Positions 1-14,900 of a stretch of 64,000 nt of DNA are shown here, piece after piece. This stretch comes from the human T2T-CHM13v2.0 reference genome, Homo sapiens. Positions within the stretch are counted from its first letter, which is position 1. Each line of letters starts with the position of its first letter. The position numbers and the translations under genes were made by a program. The notes beneath the pieces are model-generated. The model ran no database searches. It was given only the letters and a program-made list of their open reading frames with translations, and was not told the origin of the DNA. The stretch lies in assembly GCF_009914755.1 (NCBI RefSeq), contig NC_060938.1; one strand, given 5' to 3'.

Positions 1-339
1 CTATCACACTGTAAAACTGTCTACACTTATTTTTAGTTTGGAAAATATAGTCACTGCTCCACAGCTGAGTCTGATGCAAGGAACAGCCCTGCCCCTCCCA
101 TCTTTGGGCTCCTGTCCAGCCTCCTGACAAAGCTGATTGACCAAGCTGACTGCTGACAGGCAAAGGAAATACACACCAGGCTCAGGCCCAGGCCCAGAAA
201 GGAGGCCTGGAGGGAGAAGACAGACAAATGGGCAGAAGCCACACTCACGCACAGGCGTCTGGTCACCCTCCTCCCAATTGTGCAACTAAGACTGGGGAGA
301 GCATCGTGAACAGGCATCTTGCTCACTCCTGAAATTGCA

Positions 340-398
340 GTCCTTGGCACATACAAGGCACCCAGTGAGTATTTGCTGAATGAATGAATGAATGAATT
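340..398 (+). mobile_element. L2 3' end with (GAAT)n tail
   Basis: tggcacata...gagtatttgctgaatgaatgaatgaatgaat is a typical L2 terminus. Confidence 0.7.
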
Positions 399-924
399 AA
401 CACATGTTAGGTTTTTCCCATCGTCCAAAAGAGGGCAAGGAACTAGGGCTCCCATACCCCAAGGATGAGGACATCTAGGACAGACATTCAACCCTAATTC
501 AAAGTCAGGGAGGCTGGAACAGGAGGTAAGGAGATAAAGAGGAGGCCTGGGGGCCCCATCAGGGAGAGAATAAAGAAAACACTGAATCACTGAATCAAGA
601 TCTCTGGACCCCTGGCATCTGGGAGGGGTGTGCAGGGGAACACTGAGTGAAATCCCTAAAATCTGATCAAGAATCTCTGCAAGAGAGAGCAGGCCCTTGC
701 AGGCAATCAGATGGAGCAGGCAGGACAGACTGCACCAGCAGAGGGCTGCCAGGAGCCTCAGTGCTGGCCAGAAACACCTTCAAGGCAGGTCTGGGAAGTC
801 TGCAGTTTACCAGCCTGTTCTACCTGCCTGGCCTCTGACACCCTGGAGGGGAAACCCTGGCAGGAGAGGGCAGGCCCAGGGAGAGCTTCCTCCACAACAC
901 GTGACCTTGGACTCCAGCACTCAC

Positions 925-1027
925 CTGGTCTGGGTGGGCATGGGGCACACAAAGTCACCCCCCAGAAGGCTCCCACACTGCCACAGCAGTCCTCCTGGGT
1001 AGTCAGCTCCAGCAGAGGGTTGGCACA
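925..1027 (-). CDS. LTBP2: LTBP2 exon 8 (103 nt), hybrid/TB domain [34 protein letters not shown]
   Basis: Acceptor ccttccag|TGT, donor CCAG|GTGAGT at 924. Lies in ORF 758..1261; phase 0 to 1. The next exon is outside the window. Confidence 0.97.
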
Positions 1028-2125
1028 CTGGAAGGAGAGGCCATGGACACCTGTGACCACCCCCCTTCCCTCCCAGGCTGTGCACAGAGATGTCCCGGGA
1101 AAGCCTAGGACACAGAGCTCACTCCCCACATTCTGCCAGAGGATGTCCCCAGCCAAAGAAGGGGAGAAGGGAGTCAGCCCATATCCCAGAAGGAAGCAGA
1201 GAAACCTGCCATGCACTCTCCCAGCCCTAAACCTTGTGTGTGGATGGGACACCCCAGACACAAGATCTGCCCTGTGCAGGGCTGCAAACCACCACCCTCC
1301 ATGGCCCCAACCACAGACAAAGGGTCCTAAAGGAAGAGCTTCCTCTGCCTACCTCCAGGGAACTGCAGGGTCACCCACAGAGTGGGCCTTGTGAGCAGAG
1401 CCCCAGGCTCAGGGACACCCCAAGGTGAGAGGCCAGGGATGATCTGGGAATTCAGGGTGTTTACCCCTTGGCTGTCCCACCTCCTCCAGTTCCCTAATCT
1501 CAGATAGGGTTTCTGGAAATACCTTAGTTTCTGGAAACTAAGCGGTTTCCTGGCAACCCCAAGAAAAACCATACTGGGTCTGGTCTAACCCCTATTCTTG
1601 GGTGCCTGGCCTCAGAAAATCTTCCCTGATTTCCCATTATGAGCTGAGGATGGTTCCAGAGGGCAATAGGAGTATCTCTCATCTTTGTACCACCAGGGCT
1701 TTGGGGTTAACCTCCATTTGTTAATTCCACACCTCTGCGACCCCAACTGTAGCCTCAACTGGATAAAAAACTCCTGGCCAGATCCTAACAGCCCCACTGG
1801 TCCATGTGCCAGGGGTCATAGGATCAGCATCTCTAGGCTGCCTTCACCTGAGGATGCTGGTGACAGCTCCTCCAGAGGGGAACTTCCTTGGGTCCTCTTC
1901 TGTGTGCCTGGTATTGACAAGCACCAAGTAGAGCCCAGGAAGGAGGCCCAGACTCTCCATACATGGACAATTTCATGCCTTGGGTTTTCCCATCTGGGAA
2001 ATGGGAGACTCTGCAGACACTCACATTCCATAAGAACAAAGAGGACAGAGAGGAGGAGAAGGGCAGACTGGGGACAACTGCCATCCTGGAAGCATCCAGG
2101 GCTGAGGCCAGAGCTGTGTTCTCAC

Positions 2126-2412
2126 CTGTCCGTTCACAGTGTTCAGGTAACACCGGCCCAGCAGTCCTCGAGGCCTGGGTGCTGCTGGGGGCAGTGGCCG
2201 AGGGGGCTCTCCAGACCGAGCAGGGATGTTGTTGCTGTCCCAGAGGCTGTGGCCAGGGCTGGCAGGCAGCCAGGGCGGGGGTCTGGTCTCCACGCTGTTC
2301 TCCACTAGGGCCTCCTCCACCCCGCCCCGCACCTGGGCCACCTGGTGGATCTGCACTGAGGCCTCGGGTGGGTGGTGAATGTGCACCTTCACCAGGGAGG
2401 GGTTCACGGAGG
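2126..2412 (-). CDS. LTBP2: LTBP2 exon 7 (287 nt), [24 protein letters not shown]...[11 protein letters not shown]
   Basis: Acceptor gtgcccag|CC, donor CAG|GTGAGA at 2125. Lies in ORF 2021..2407; phase 1 to 0; begins the hybrid/TB domain. Confidence 0.98.
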
Positions 2413-3248
2413 CTGGGCACAGGGGCTAGAGTCAGAGCCAGGGAAGCAGGGCCCCACCCTCATTTCCAACCCTCTGAAGGGTATCCACCACCCCTGGGCC
2501 AGGCAGGCCACTGGCTATGTGTCACCCCAAAACTCTCCTTCCATTTCTTTGCTCCCAAGTTAGAACCCCAGAATGATCCCTTGTGGGGACGGGATGAAGT
2601 GCAAACTCTGTCACTGAAGGAGCCTCATTATCACATTCCAAGCTACCTTCCTGATTCTACCTCCCCCATGACCCTGGCCAACCCTGGAACTCCAGCCCCC
2701 TGTCTCCTGCATGGCCCCACCTCCGTGCCTTTGCTCGTGCCAGTCCCTCTGCTTAACCAGATGCTACCCATTGTTTCAGGCCTAACTGCGGTCCATCCCC
2801 TCCACGCAGCTGTCCCAGAGCACTCTGGGCTTAGGAGCCTCTCCATCCCCTGATCCCCTAAAGCATTCTGTATTTTTTTGGCACCTAATAATGGAAGGCA
2901 GGGAAAATGAAATGTTTTATGCTGATATTCTATTTCCCATCCATTCTCCCTCTATTACCCAGGCCCATGGATTCCTTGAGGGCGGCACCCTGCCCTTACA
3001 CTGTTTTGTCTTCCCCAGGGTTCCCAGCACAGGGAAAGGGCAAAAACAAGTCGATAAATTCCGATGGGAGGGGGCTGAGAAGTTGAGGGAATGAAACTTA
3101 GCGCTGAGGGCCAGGAGAAAGAGGGAGGTTTGATCATAAAGGAAGGACTACAGGCAGCTTCCCTATCCCTGTCACAGCCATGGTGACAGCCTCCACCCAA
3201 CTGGCACTCCTCCCAGGGTCCCGCCGGCCCAGCTGTGCCGGCACTCAC

Positions 3249-3455
3249 CCAGCTGGTTGGAGAGCGGCAGTGTGAAAGTGGACTGCTTCAGTGGGGCTTC
3301 CAGCAAGGCCCTGGGGCGGGACCCCCTCCCTGGAGGCTCCCTGTCCGGCTGCGGGATAGGCAGGTGGCAGAACTTCCCGGTGGAGTTGGCGGGGCACCAG
3401 CATTCGTCCCTGCCGATGCAGCGGCCTCCGTTCAGGCAGGGGATCTGGCAGAAAT
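3249..3455 (-). CDS. LTBP2: LTBP2 exon 6 (207 nt), EGF-like domain [30 protein letters not shown]
   Basis: Acceptor gttgcag|AT, donor CTGG|GTGAGT at 3248. Lies in ORF 3172..3528; phase 1 to 1. Confidence 0.98.
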
Positions 3456-3953
3456 CTGCAACATCAACCCTCAAGGTAACCAGCGGTGGAAGAACAGCAG
3501 CACCCGCTCTGTGGCCGGTGACCACCACAGAGAAACAGGCGGCAGAACCCTGACCCTAGATGGCTCCTGTAGCCCGGAGCCCCCTGAAATGTAGGGACTT
3601 TCCACTTCATTCATGTAGAGTGAAGAAGAGTGGATAATAACCAGCCCCTGCCTTCCTGAAAAGTCTATTTAGGCGTTTCCCTGCACCCCACAATAACCTG
3701 GGAGATGGGGAGGTGGCATTATCATGAACTCTGTCTCTTCTCTGTTGAGGAAACTTGGACTCAGAGAGGTTATGTGACTCCTAGAGTCACACAGCTAGGC
3801 TGCCAAGTGAGGACTCAGCTCCCCATGTGATTTGGGACAACTTGTGGAGCCACAGTTTGGGAGCAGCGGGCTCCAGTCCAAGGCAGGCCTGGCTCTCTGG
3901 CCATCTACCCTCCAGGGCCAGCTGGGAACCATCTGAGCAGGAAAGGGACTCAC

Positions 3954-4124
3954 AGATGCGGAAGCCAGACTTGGGATCGTGCCCATGGCCGCCCTGGCTG
4001 TACAGGGTGGTGGTGTCGCCCCTCTCACAGCTGTTGGCACAGTGTCCACGGGCACAGGTCTGCTTGCAGATGGTGGGAGTGAAGACGATCTTGATCTTCT
4101 TGATTTTCTCCGTGAGGTTCAGCC
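3954..4124 (-). CDS. LTBP2: LTBP2 exon 5 (171 nt), 4-Cys region with RGD motif, [39 protein letters not shown]...GFRI
   Basis: Read manually. Acceptor ctctctgcag|GG, donor ATCT|GTGAGT at 3953. RGD codons at 4023-4015; phase 1 to 1. Confidence 0.97.
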
Positions 4125-4981
4125 CTGCAGAGAGAGGGCTTGGGTCCAGGGGGCAGGGCTGAGAGGCACAGCTGTGACCTCCAGAGTCTGGTTAGAAAGC
4201 CCCATGGGACTAGGGCTGCATTCATCTCAAGGGCATTTGCTGAGTACCTACTGGACGCAGGGTCCCATCGTAGGGGCAAGGTGATACCTTTGAGAAGCTC
4301 GCAGATGTGCCAGCCACCAAGCTCACACTTCATGCACATCAACCCTCTTGAGTGGGTGGTATGTTAGGTTGAATCATTAGAAATTGCCATTTTTGTAGGT
4401 TCCTATGGCTGAGTGTTGGTATTTTTCATATATCCAACCTACTGTGTCCATTTTACAGCTAAGAAAAATGAGGCCCAGAGAAGTTTGGGTGCTCAAGTGA
4501 CGCAGCTAGCAAGTGATGCAGCTGGGCTTTGAACCCAAGGGCAGGGAACAGAATGCAGCCCCAGCTTGCCAGAGAGGAGAGTTTTCTAAGAGAAGAGAAG
4601 ATAAAGCCTGAAAGGATTAGAGTCAGGTTTTGTGGGGGACCTGATTACCAGAACAAGGATCAGGCACTTTATTTGGTGGGTGATGGGGAAGCTGCAGAAG
4701 ACTTTTAAGCAAGACATCATGCTGGCTTTGATGTGCTGGGGGGTCCGGAGGCAGGGTGACCACCTGGGAGGTCATGGCAGCAGTGCAAGCTGAGGCCGCT
4801 TCATTTCCCAAGAGTGGTGGCAATGAAATTGGGCTATTAATTCAGTACGGGGAGCCTGGGGACAGAAGCCAGAGGCAGAAGGTTGAGGGAGAAATGGGAG
4901 GGGAGGAAATTGAAAAAATATGTTTTGACCATGAGTTTGAGAAGCTTGACTGTGAAGGGAGGAGATAGGAAGAAAGCGGAG

Positions 4982-4985
<4 letters not shown>

Positions 4986-5026
<41 letters not shown>
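4986..5026. repeat. (GT)20 microsatellite
   Basis: Pure GT run in intron 4. Confidence 0.98.
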
Positions 5027-5030
<4 letters not shown>

Positions 5031-5189
5031 AGAGAGCTGTAAGCAATTGTACACGTTGAGGGGAAAGGGCTGAGAGGGTGGGAGAGGGTGAAGATACAGA
5101 AGAGGGGGGACAAGTGATGCCAGCGTTCCAGAGGAAATGACAAAGGGTGCCAGAACGTGCCTTAGATAAGAGGGACACCTCCCCCTCAA

Positions 5190-5905
5190 GATGGCGTGAA
5201 AGGAATCGTCAACCATGAAAAGGAATGAAGCACTGATACACACAGCAACATGGATAAACCTCAGAAACGTTATGCTAAGCCAGGCACAGGAACTCACGCC
5301 TGCAGTCCCAGTACTTTGGGAGGCTGAGGCAGGAGGATCACTTGAGGCCAGGAGTTTGAGACCAGCCTGGGCAACATGCAAGACCCTATCTCTACAAAAC
5401 ATTTAAAAATTAGCTGGGCATGGTGGTGCATGCCTGTAGTCCCAGCTACTCTGGAGTCTGAGGTGAGAGGATCACTTGAGCTCAGGAGTTTGAGATTATA
5501 GTGAGTTGTTATCATGCCACCACACTCCAGCCTGGGCAACAGAGCAAGACTCTGTCTCTTAAAAAAGAAAAAGAGAAGAAAAGAAAATGTAACGCTAAGT
5601 GAAAGAAGCCAGACACAAAAGATGGTACATTGTACGACTCCATTCATGTAAAATGTCAAGGATATGCAAATCTATAGAGACGGGAAATAGGTGAGTGGTT
5701 GCCAGGGATAGGAGGGGAGATAAGGAGTGACTGCTGCTTAGTGGGTACAAGGTTTCTATTTGGAGTGATAAAAATGTTGTGGAATGAAATAGTGGTGACG
5801 GTTGCACACAATTATAAATATACTAAAAGCCACTGCAGTGTAGCCTTTAAAATGGTTAATTTTATGTTATGTGAATTCCACTTCAATTTTTAAAATGGAA
5901 AAAAA
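5190..5905 (+). mobile_element. Old L1 (L1M-type) 3' fragment interrupted by an Alu
   Basis: aaggaatgaagcactgataca...acatggataaacctc, then ctaagtgaaagaagccagacacaaaa...aaaatggttaattttatgttatgtgaatt. Confidence 0.8.
5279..5588 (+). mobile_element. Alu (AluJ-like)
   Basis: Dimeric Alu with A-rich tail; degenerate TSD ending gctaag on both sides. Confidence 0.95.
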
Positions 5906-6562
5906 AGGAAGGAGGTGAGCTCAGGCACAGATGTAAACAGGGTAGTGGTGGGTGTGATAGGCAGGAAGTTGAGGAGCTCTCTGGGAGGTGGGGGCATGTC
6001 TGTGGGCTGATGGATGGGGCCTCGGGAAAGGAGGGGAGGGGAGGGGAGGCCTGGAGTAGCTGCTCTGAGAAATGGAGGGAGAAAATGTCCAGGCACACAG
6101 GGAGGGGTTGTCAGGCAATAACAAAGAGTGTGCCATGGCGTGAATCCACAGAGATTCTGTGGGAAGCAGAGGCGCAGCTGTAGGTGCTGAGGTAACAACT
6201 GGTTGGGTTGATCCAGGAGAGTTGGGGTTTGTAGGAGGGATGAGGTGGAACGAGTGGGACCAGGGAGTTGAGGTTCACAGCGGGATATGAGGGAAGCAAA
6301 GGCAGGAGAGGATGATAGATTGGGCAGAAATAGAGCAGTCTAGGTCTAAAGGTTGCAACGGGGTGAAGTCCAGGTCCACCGGTTTAGGACCCCTGGACCC
6401 CGGCACAAAGCAGGTGCTCAACAAGCGTTTGTTGATTGGCTGAAAGAATGAGGGACAAGGTGACAACTCAGCCCCTCTGTGAGAGCAGAGGGGGAAGCCA
6501 AGGTGGGAGAAGAGAGTTCTAGAGGCCCTGCTCTTCTAGGACCCAAGACAGGGTATCCTTAC

Positions 6563-6753
6563 CCCAGGGGGATGAGGGGTGCTCCAGAGGTACCGCCTGT
6601 TGGGTGCCATCTCTCTGCTCAAGGCCTGGTCCCGGGGGCAGGGCGTTGGAAGAGAGCTGGCTACTGGCCGTGGCAGTCGGGTGAAGTCGGACAGTGCGGG
6701 ACAACCCCACGTGCTGCTGGGAAGGGTGGGTCTGGCTGAGGCCACTCAGGGTC
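6563..6753 (-). CDS. LTBP2: LTBP2 exon 4 (191 nt), [13 protein letters not shown]...PLEHPSSPW
   Basis: Acceptor ctccacag|G, donor TGGG|GTAAGG at 6562. Lies in ORF 6519..6980; phase 2 to 1. Confidence 0.97.
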
Positions 6754-7567
6754 CTGTGGAGACAACCGCGGCACGGGGGTTTGCACCCTGGGAACAGTGT
6801 GTCTGTGCCACTCCTCATCCAGCCACCCACTCTCTGCCTTTGCACAAGAAAAATGCTCTCTGGCTGCCTTCTCACCCATGTATGGCTGACTCCCGGACAT
6901 GAAGGTGCCCTGAGGCAGAAGGACTGATCTAAGGCCTGCCGGCTAGTTTTGTAGAAATACCAACCCCTATGTGGAATCACCAGGCTTTTGGTGGGTTATT
7001 CCGGGCAAATCACTTAGCTCCTCTGGGCCCCAGGACCCTTAACTGCAAAATGGGGGTGTTAGACGGTCCTCACGTAGCTCTGACATTCCAGAAGTCTTTG
7101 AGAACCCACTATGGACCAGCCCCTGCCCTAAAACCAAGTCCTGTACCTACTCCCTACCACTTCTTAATATATCCCTTAATATGAATTACCTGTAGAAGAG
7201 GTGCCCAACAAACACACCTTCAAGATTGATTCAGGGCAGAGCCTAGAGTCTCCCTCTCATTGATTTTTATTGTAAGAATAATGTAACAACAATATTCAAG
7301 GAGAAAAACATGAATTCATCATCTCCCATCCTAACACAGCAACTACTTTTGCATATTTTCTTTCAACCTTTGCTCACGTATATGATTTTACACTATTGTC
7401 ATCACCTAGAGATACAATTTTAAATTCCGTTTTTCACTTAACATTAGATCACACTTTACACAATTCAATTTGTCATATTTGTCATGTTCATCGCTATATG
7501 ATAGTCCAGCTAAAGATGAATCACAACTTATTTAGACATTTACCTGTTACATATTTAGATTTTTTAA

Positions 7568-7890
<323 letters not shown>

Positions 7891-8039
7891 TAAATGTGTA
7901 CATCCTTACCTATATGACTTTGTCTTCTGTTAAAATATTCCTTTAGTACAGGGAGATTTGTTGTACTATTCTATTTTATTTTGTATGTTTGAAAAAATGT
8001 TATAGGAAACATCTTGAAAGGATTAAAACTTTAGGATGA

Positions 8040-8342
8040 GGCTGGGCGTGGTGGCTCACGCCTGTAATCCCAGCACTTTGGGAGGTCCATGCGGGCAGAT
8101 CACTTGAGGCCAGGAGTTCGAGATCACCCTGGTCAACATGGTGAAACCCCATCTCTACTAAAAATACAAAAATTAGCTGGGTGTGGTGGTGCATGCCTGT
8201 GGTCCCAGGTACTTGAGAGGCTGAGGCTGAGAATCGCTTGAACCTAGGAAGTGGAGGATGCAGTGAGCTGAGATCATGCCACTGCACTCCAGCCTGGGCA
8301 ACAGAGGGAGACTCCATCTCAAAAAAGCAAAACAAAACAAAA
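8040..8342 (+). mobile_element. Alu (AluS-like)
   Basis: Full-length Alu; TSD aaaactttaggatga. Confidence 0.96.
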
Positions 8343-9177
8343 ACTTTAGGATGAATTCCTGGGGCTAGAATGACTGTATCAAAGGTTACAAACATTTATG
8401 TCTGGAGGCACACACTGGTGTATTGCTTTCTGAAAGGGTTGCATCCAAATATATAAATGAACCACTTAGAGCACAATCTTGCCAGCACAGCATATTATTA
8501 ATTTTTAATACTTTGCTAGCTTTGAATAAGCACAAAGTGGTACTTCAATGTTCTTTTCACCTCCCTTCTCTCCTTTAAAAAATTATTTTTGAGGTTAAAA
8601 TATTTCAGGTATTTATTTACCACTTGTGAAAATCCTCCGCTCATGTCCTTTGACATCTTAACTGCTTGAATTGTCTCATACATTTGGACACATTCTCTTG
8701 ATGTTTATTATTGGGCAGGCTGTTCTAAAAGGCAGCCTCTGTTGTAAATACTCTGTCATTGTCACAATGTCTATGAACCACTGTGTATATGACAGTGTCT
8801 GGACTGTGGTGGGTGTAAGCGTATTGCAGACATCAAAGCTGAGAGAGGCTCAGTCCTTGCCCAAGGTTATACAAGAGCTAAATGGGGACACCAGGATGCC
8901 AACCCAGGGCCTGATCCACAACCTGTGTCCTGCGCCAGCCGACAACCAGCCCAGACCCCAGTGGGAGCTCAGCCTGGAAGCCTCTGCTCAGGCCTCGGGG
9001 GCATCCCTTCCCCCAGTAGGTCCCATGCCAACCCTCCCCACTGGTTTCCTTGCCCAAGTGGGATAAGGCCCTGGGATTCTCTCCCTCCCCAAATCTCCAC
9101 CCCAGTTCCGTTAGCCCTTGGTGACCAGGCCATGAGCAAACTCCTTATGCTTTCCTGGCAGAAGGCAAACTAGGACT

Positions 9178-9586
<409 letters not shown>

Positions 9587-11721
9587 TTAGTGGCAGCGCC
9601 ACAGAGCATCCCAGAGAGGTGAAAAGAGTAGCTCATGTTCTGCCCAGACCACTGCCACTTTTCTGAACTTGACCCTGACAAAGAGCTCTCCAGTCTGGTC
9701 AGGATGGAAACTCAAAGTGTTCTTTCTTGGTGGTTTGTTGTCATTGTTATGTTATTGCTGCTGTCAGTTTTTTCTCTAATTGGTGCTCAGAGCTCATGGC
9801 ACCAAGATCCCAGGGTTCAAATCCCTTAAGGGCCAGTTGGGTAGTTTTGCAGAGAGGAAAACCAAATAAACAAACCATGTATTCCCTAGTCATAGACAGG
9901 ACCTGGCTGTACAGAGGGGAGGGGTTGGGACTGGGCCAGACAGATGTTGGTTCTGCCTCTTACTAGCAGCACAGCCTTGAGCAAGTCACTTAGCTCCCCT
10001 GAGCCTCAGAATCCTCATCACTGAAACAAGAATAGCAATGCCCACCTCATAGGGCTGGTGTGAGGATGACGAGAACAGTGAGACCATGCAATTATTTCAC
10101 AAATACAAGTAAATGGTCAAAGTAGAAAAATACGCCAGAATTTTTAAATTGCAGAAACAAGGAGGAAAAAAGGAGTTAGCTACAGTTTGGACTAAATACA
10201 TCTCCCCAAGCAAATAAGAAAACATGACTGGGCCACTTAAAGTTCTTCTTTAAGGGAAATAAAAAGACTCCAGAAAAAAGTGTTATTGCTGTCCAAGTGT
10301 CCTTATATATACACAGGGCCAAGTGTCTAATCTGGTGTCAACACATTTTTAACAACCGGAGTCCTCTGAGCCTAATTCATTGTCACCTACTACTCTAATG
10401 GGGATTTGGGGTTAAATGACAGAAATAAAAAAGCCCTGCATTCTGAGAGGCTCGTCGTGGAGTAAAGGAAGAAGCTCCCAGTTTTTTTTATAGGTCCTGC
10501 CTCTTATTCCTAAAGCATCCATATAAGGAGGTTGATAACTCCCTTTATAAGTCCCAGCCTAGGCCTCAGAGGTGAGCAGCGAGAGAGGCTCTCGCTGTGT
10601 GGAGGGCTGCAGGTTCTTGGCTCAACTCTGGATCCCTGGTGGTCTCCAATTGGTTACCACTGCCATCACCCCATAGAAGGGCACAGGCAGCTAGGATGGA
10701 GTGGAGACTGTGAGCTGTGGAGTTTGCAAACCCCACTGTCTAGCCTTGTGTTATCTTTGCACTCATTTCCTTTAAGCAAATCGCAAGCCTTTAGCCAAAT
10801 CCTGTTTGCATGTTCTTTCCTAGTCTCAGGTTGTGGGACATCAAGAGAAGGGTCTGGTGCCATGTTTGCCCCAGGCTGGTCCAAAGAAGCAGTATCCCCC
10901 CGATTAAGGACAGTAGAGGTCTGGTAACAGAAGAAGGCAAGTCTCAATGAGAAAGTGACCACAGCCCCCAGGAGATGCTCCATCTACTATCAGCCTTGGA
11001 AGAACCGCTGCAATTTCATCAAAGGACAGAGGTTCCCAAACTCACCCAGCACAAGAATGGAACTTGCTATCTTTCTGGGACTGTTCCAGGGAAGTCCTGG
11101 CCAAGCCTCCACAATGGACCAAAAAGTCATCTCTAGACTTCAGGATTTCATGAATCCGTAAGATTTTGGAACAAAATTGGGGGAACAACATAAAGTCGCT
11201 TTTTATTTAGGTTGCTAAGACTTTAAGACAAACACACACAAAACTGCCAATCACTACCACCATAATTTCACGAAAGAAAAGACATTTCAGAGCCAAAAAA
11301 GAAACGTTTGAATAAGCCTAACTTCATGGAAATCTCACCAAATGACTTTATTTTCTTCATTTCTTTATGGATCATGAAATCCCCATCACAGGCCAGCACA
11401 GAGCCAAGAGACAGCCACCAGATCCACCACAGTCTGTTCTCAACTGTGGACTCTGGGCTTTTCAACCAAGATGAGGAAAAATTCTCATCCCAGTGGCCGG
11501 GGTCTTCAGGCCCACAAGAAAGCTGCCTGGGCAGTCTGTACCCATAATGATGCCACTTACTGAAATGTGCAAGGTGTGCCCACACCCTGCCCGACACACT
11601 AAGGTTTCCCAACAGCGATGGGAAGACAAGTGGGCGAGGAGCTCTGTGCCCTCTACCCCATTCACCCTCACCCTAGCCTGGCTGCTCTCCTCTATTTACT
11701 TCATAAATCGGGCTTCCAAAA

Positions 11722-12047
11722 ACAGCTGGCCCATCATATCCATGGGTTCTGCCTCTGCAGATTCAACCAACTGTGAATGGAAAATATTTGGGGGGAAAAC
11801 CCCCAAAAATAGCAATCAACAATGAAAAATAATACAAATAAAAATTATATAGTATGACAACTATTAGCATTTGCACTGTATTAGGTATTATAAGTAATCT
11901 AGAGAAGATTTAAAGTATATGGGAGCATGTGCGTAGCTTATATGCAAACATTATGTCATTTTATATCAGAGACTTGAACATCCATGAATTTTGGTATTCA
12001 CAGGGGTCCTGGAACAAATTCCCTGTGGATATCGAGGGATGACTGTA
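11722..12047 (+). mobile_element. Tigger3-family (TcMar-Tigger) non-autonomous DNA transposon
   Basis: Terminal inverted repeats cagctggcccatcatatccatggg / ccctgtggatatcgagggatgactgta; internal tataagtaatctagag...tttaaagtata. Confidence 0.8.
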
Positions 12048-12115
12048 CTATTTTGTTTGGAAAGGCTCTTGCTGCTAAAAAAAATTTAAGAGTGTTACTA
12101 AAGATGCATAGAATA

Positions 12116-12439
<324 letters not shown>

Positions 12440-12569
12440 TTATATACATCATCTTATCTATGTTATTTTAGTGAATGAAAAAACTGAGTTGCAGAATATA
12501 TGGATAGTATGCTTCTAGTTTTGTGTTTTAAGAAAAGCTTTTCTCTCTCTCTTCCCCTACAGATGTTTA

Positions 12570-13304
<735 letters not shown>

Positions 13305-13994
13305 TAACATAAGAAGTGCATGGAGGTGGGAAGCACAGGCCATGTTTGAAGAAGAATAAGCACCATTTGGGTAAAGCACAGATTAGAGGGGAGAGGGGGG
13401 AAGGGAAATCATTCCAATTCAATGCCTATCAGGTGGCAGGTATCATGCTAAGTGTTTTAGCTAATATATCATTTACTTGTCCAAACAATTCTATGATCAA
13501 AAACCCCTGCTTGGCCAAACCCACCTTAAAGTAAAAAGACAAATGACATGGTGGGAAAAATATGTGCAACTTGTATCATAGAGAAAAGATGAGTCTCCAT
13601 AATATCAGAGTTCCTAGAAACAGAAATGTCAGAGACCAACAGCCTTAAAAGAAAAATCAGCAAGGAATATGAACAGGTCACAGAAAAAAAAATACAAATA
13701 TTTCTTGAACCCAGAAAAATATGCTTAACCTTTCTCCTTGTAAGGGATGTGCAAATGAAAACTATGCTGAGGTAGCATTTTTTAATCCATCAGATTAGAA
13801 AAAAACCCAAAGGTTTAATAACATACTCATTTGTGAGACTACGCAGAAACAGACGCTCTCGGATGCTGCTGGCAGGAATGTAAATTGACATGACCCTTCT
13901 GGAAAGCAATTTGGCAACGTCTATCCACATCCCAATGCATCTGTGCTTTGACCCTGCTGCTCCACCTCCAAGACTATCCTGCAGATAAACCTTC

Positions 13995-14375
13995 TGTGGT
14001 AGGTGTTGCTGCCCTGCCCTGGTCCCCTTTCTGGCTTGTGTATCTGCAAGTGTAGCAGCTAAAGGCTTATACCTGTGATTTCTTCCAAGCCATGCTCTTG
14101 GCTGATGGGAACCACCTGAGAAGCTCCTCCCACCACCATGACCACACAGCCAATGACTGCCTGAAAGGGAAGTTCAAAAGCCTGGGCCCCCAGGCCTTAA
14201 GGAGAAACAACTTTGTAAGCTCTATCCTCAATCAGGTCAAAGCTTGATTTACCTGGGACCACATCTTTACTTGGCTCTCTCCCCTTTCCCACACTGCTTT
14301 CTTCTTTCCTTTCGCATTTCCCCCGCAAAATCACACACACTGGAATCCCACCTCTAGGGGACCCGACCTAAGACA
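13995..14375 (+). mobile_element. ERVL LTR (LTR16-like)
   Basis: Ends in ggggacccgacctaagaca, resembling the LTR16 3' terminus; interrupts the L1. Confidence 0.5.
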
Positions 14376-14604
14376 CTCGTAAATGTCCAAAATGATACAT
14401 GAACAAGACTATTTACAGAAGCACTATTTTGTAATAGCAAAATAGTTTGTACAGAATGAAAACAACTTAAGTGTCCTTCAGTAGGGGATTGGTTAAACAA
14501 ACAAGGATCTGCTGGCAGAATGGGGTAATAGGCCCTGGAAACACAGCGGCAGCTCCTTTACATCAATAAGTTAAGCTTTCCAAGATACACTGAAAAGTGA
14601 AAGC

Positions 14605-14900
14605 ACAACAGCCCAATCCCACCACTGACTGTTTTTGTACAGACTATGACCTAACAATGGTTTTCACATGTTTAAATGGCGGAAAAGAAATCAAAAAAAG
14701 AATAATACCTCAAGACATGAGCAAATGATATGAAATTCAAATTTAAGCATCTATAAAGTTTAACTGGAACACAGCTGCCCTCCTCATCTGTGACTGGTTT
14801 TGCTCTCCAATGGCACCGCTAAGTAGTTGCAGAAACCATATGTCACAGAAAATCTAAAATATTTACTGTCTGGCCATTTATGGAAGTCTGCTGGCTCCTG
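14605..14900 (+). mobile_element. MER58-like hAT-Charlie DNA transposon
   Basis: aataaagtttt-like core and terminal aaaatatttactgtctggccattta...ctgctggctcctg. Confidence 0.65.

Noticed and set aside
1963-2853. 296-aa plus-strand ORF, and similar ORFs at 711-1394, 36628-37245 and 62333-63151
   Set aside because: These are antisense shadows of GC-rich LTBP2 exons, low in complexity and with no recognisable domain.
4125-4194. LTBP1S-like short isoform starting just upstream of exon 5
   Set aside because: Reading the frame upstream of the exon 5 acceptor gives no ATG and no hydrophobic signal peptide before an in-frame TAA at 4194-4192.
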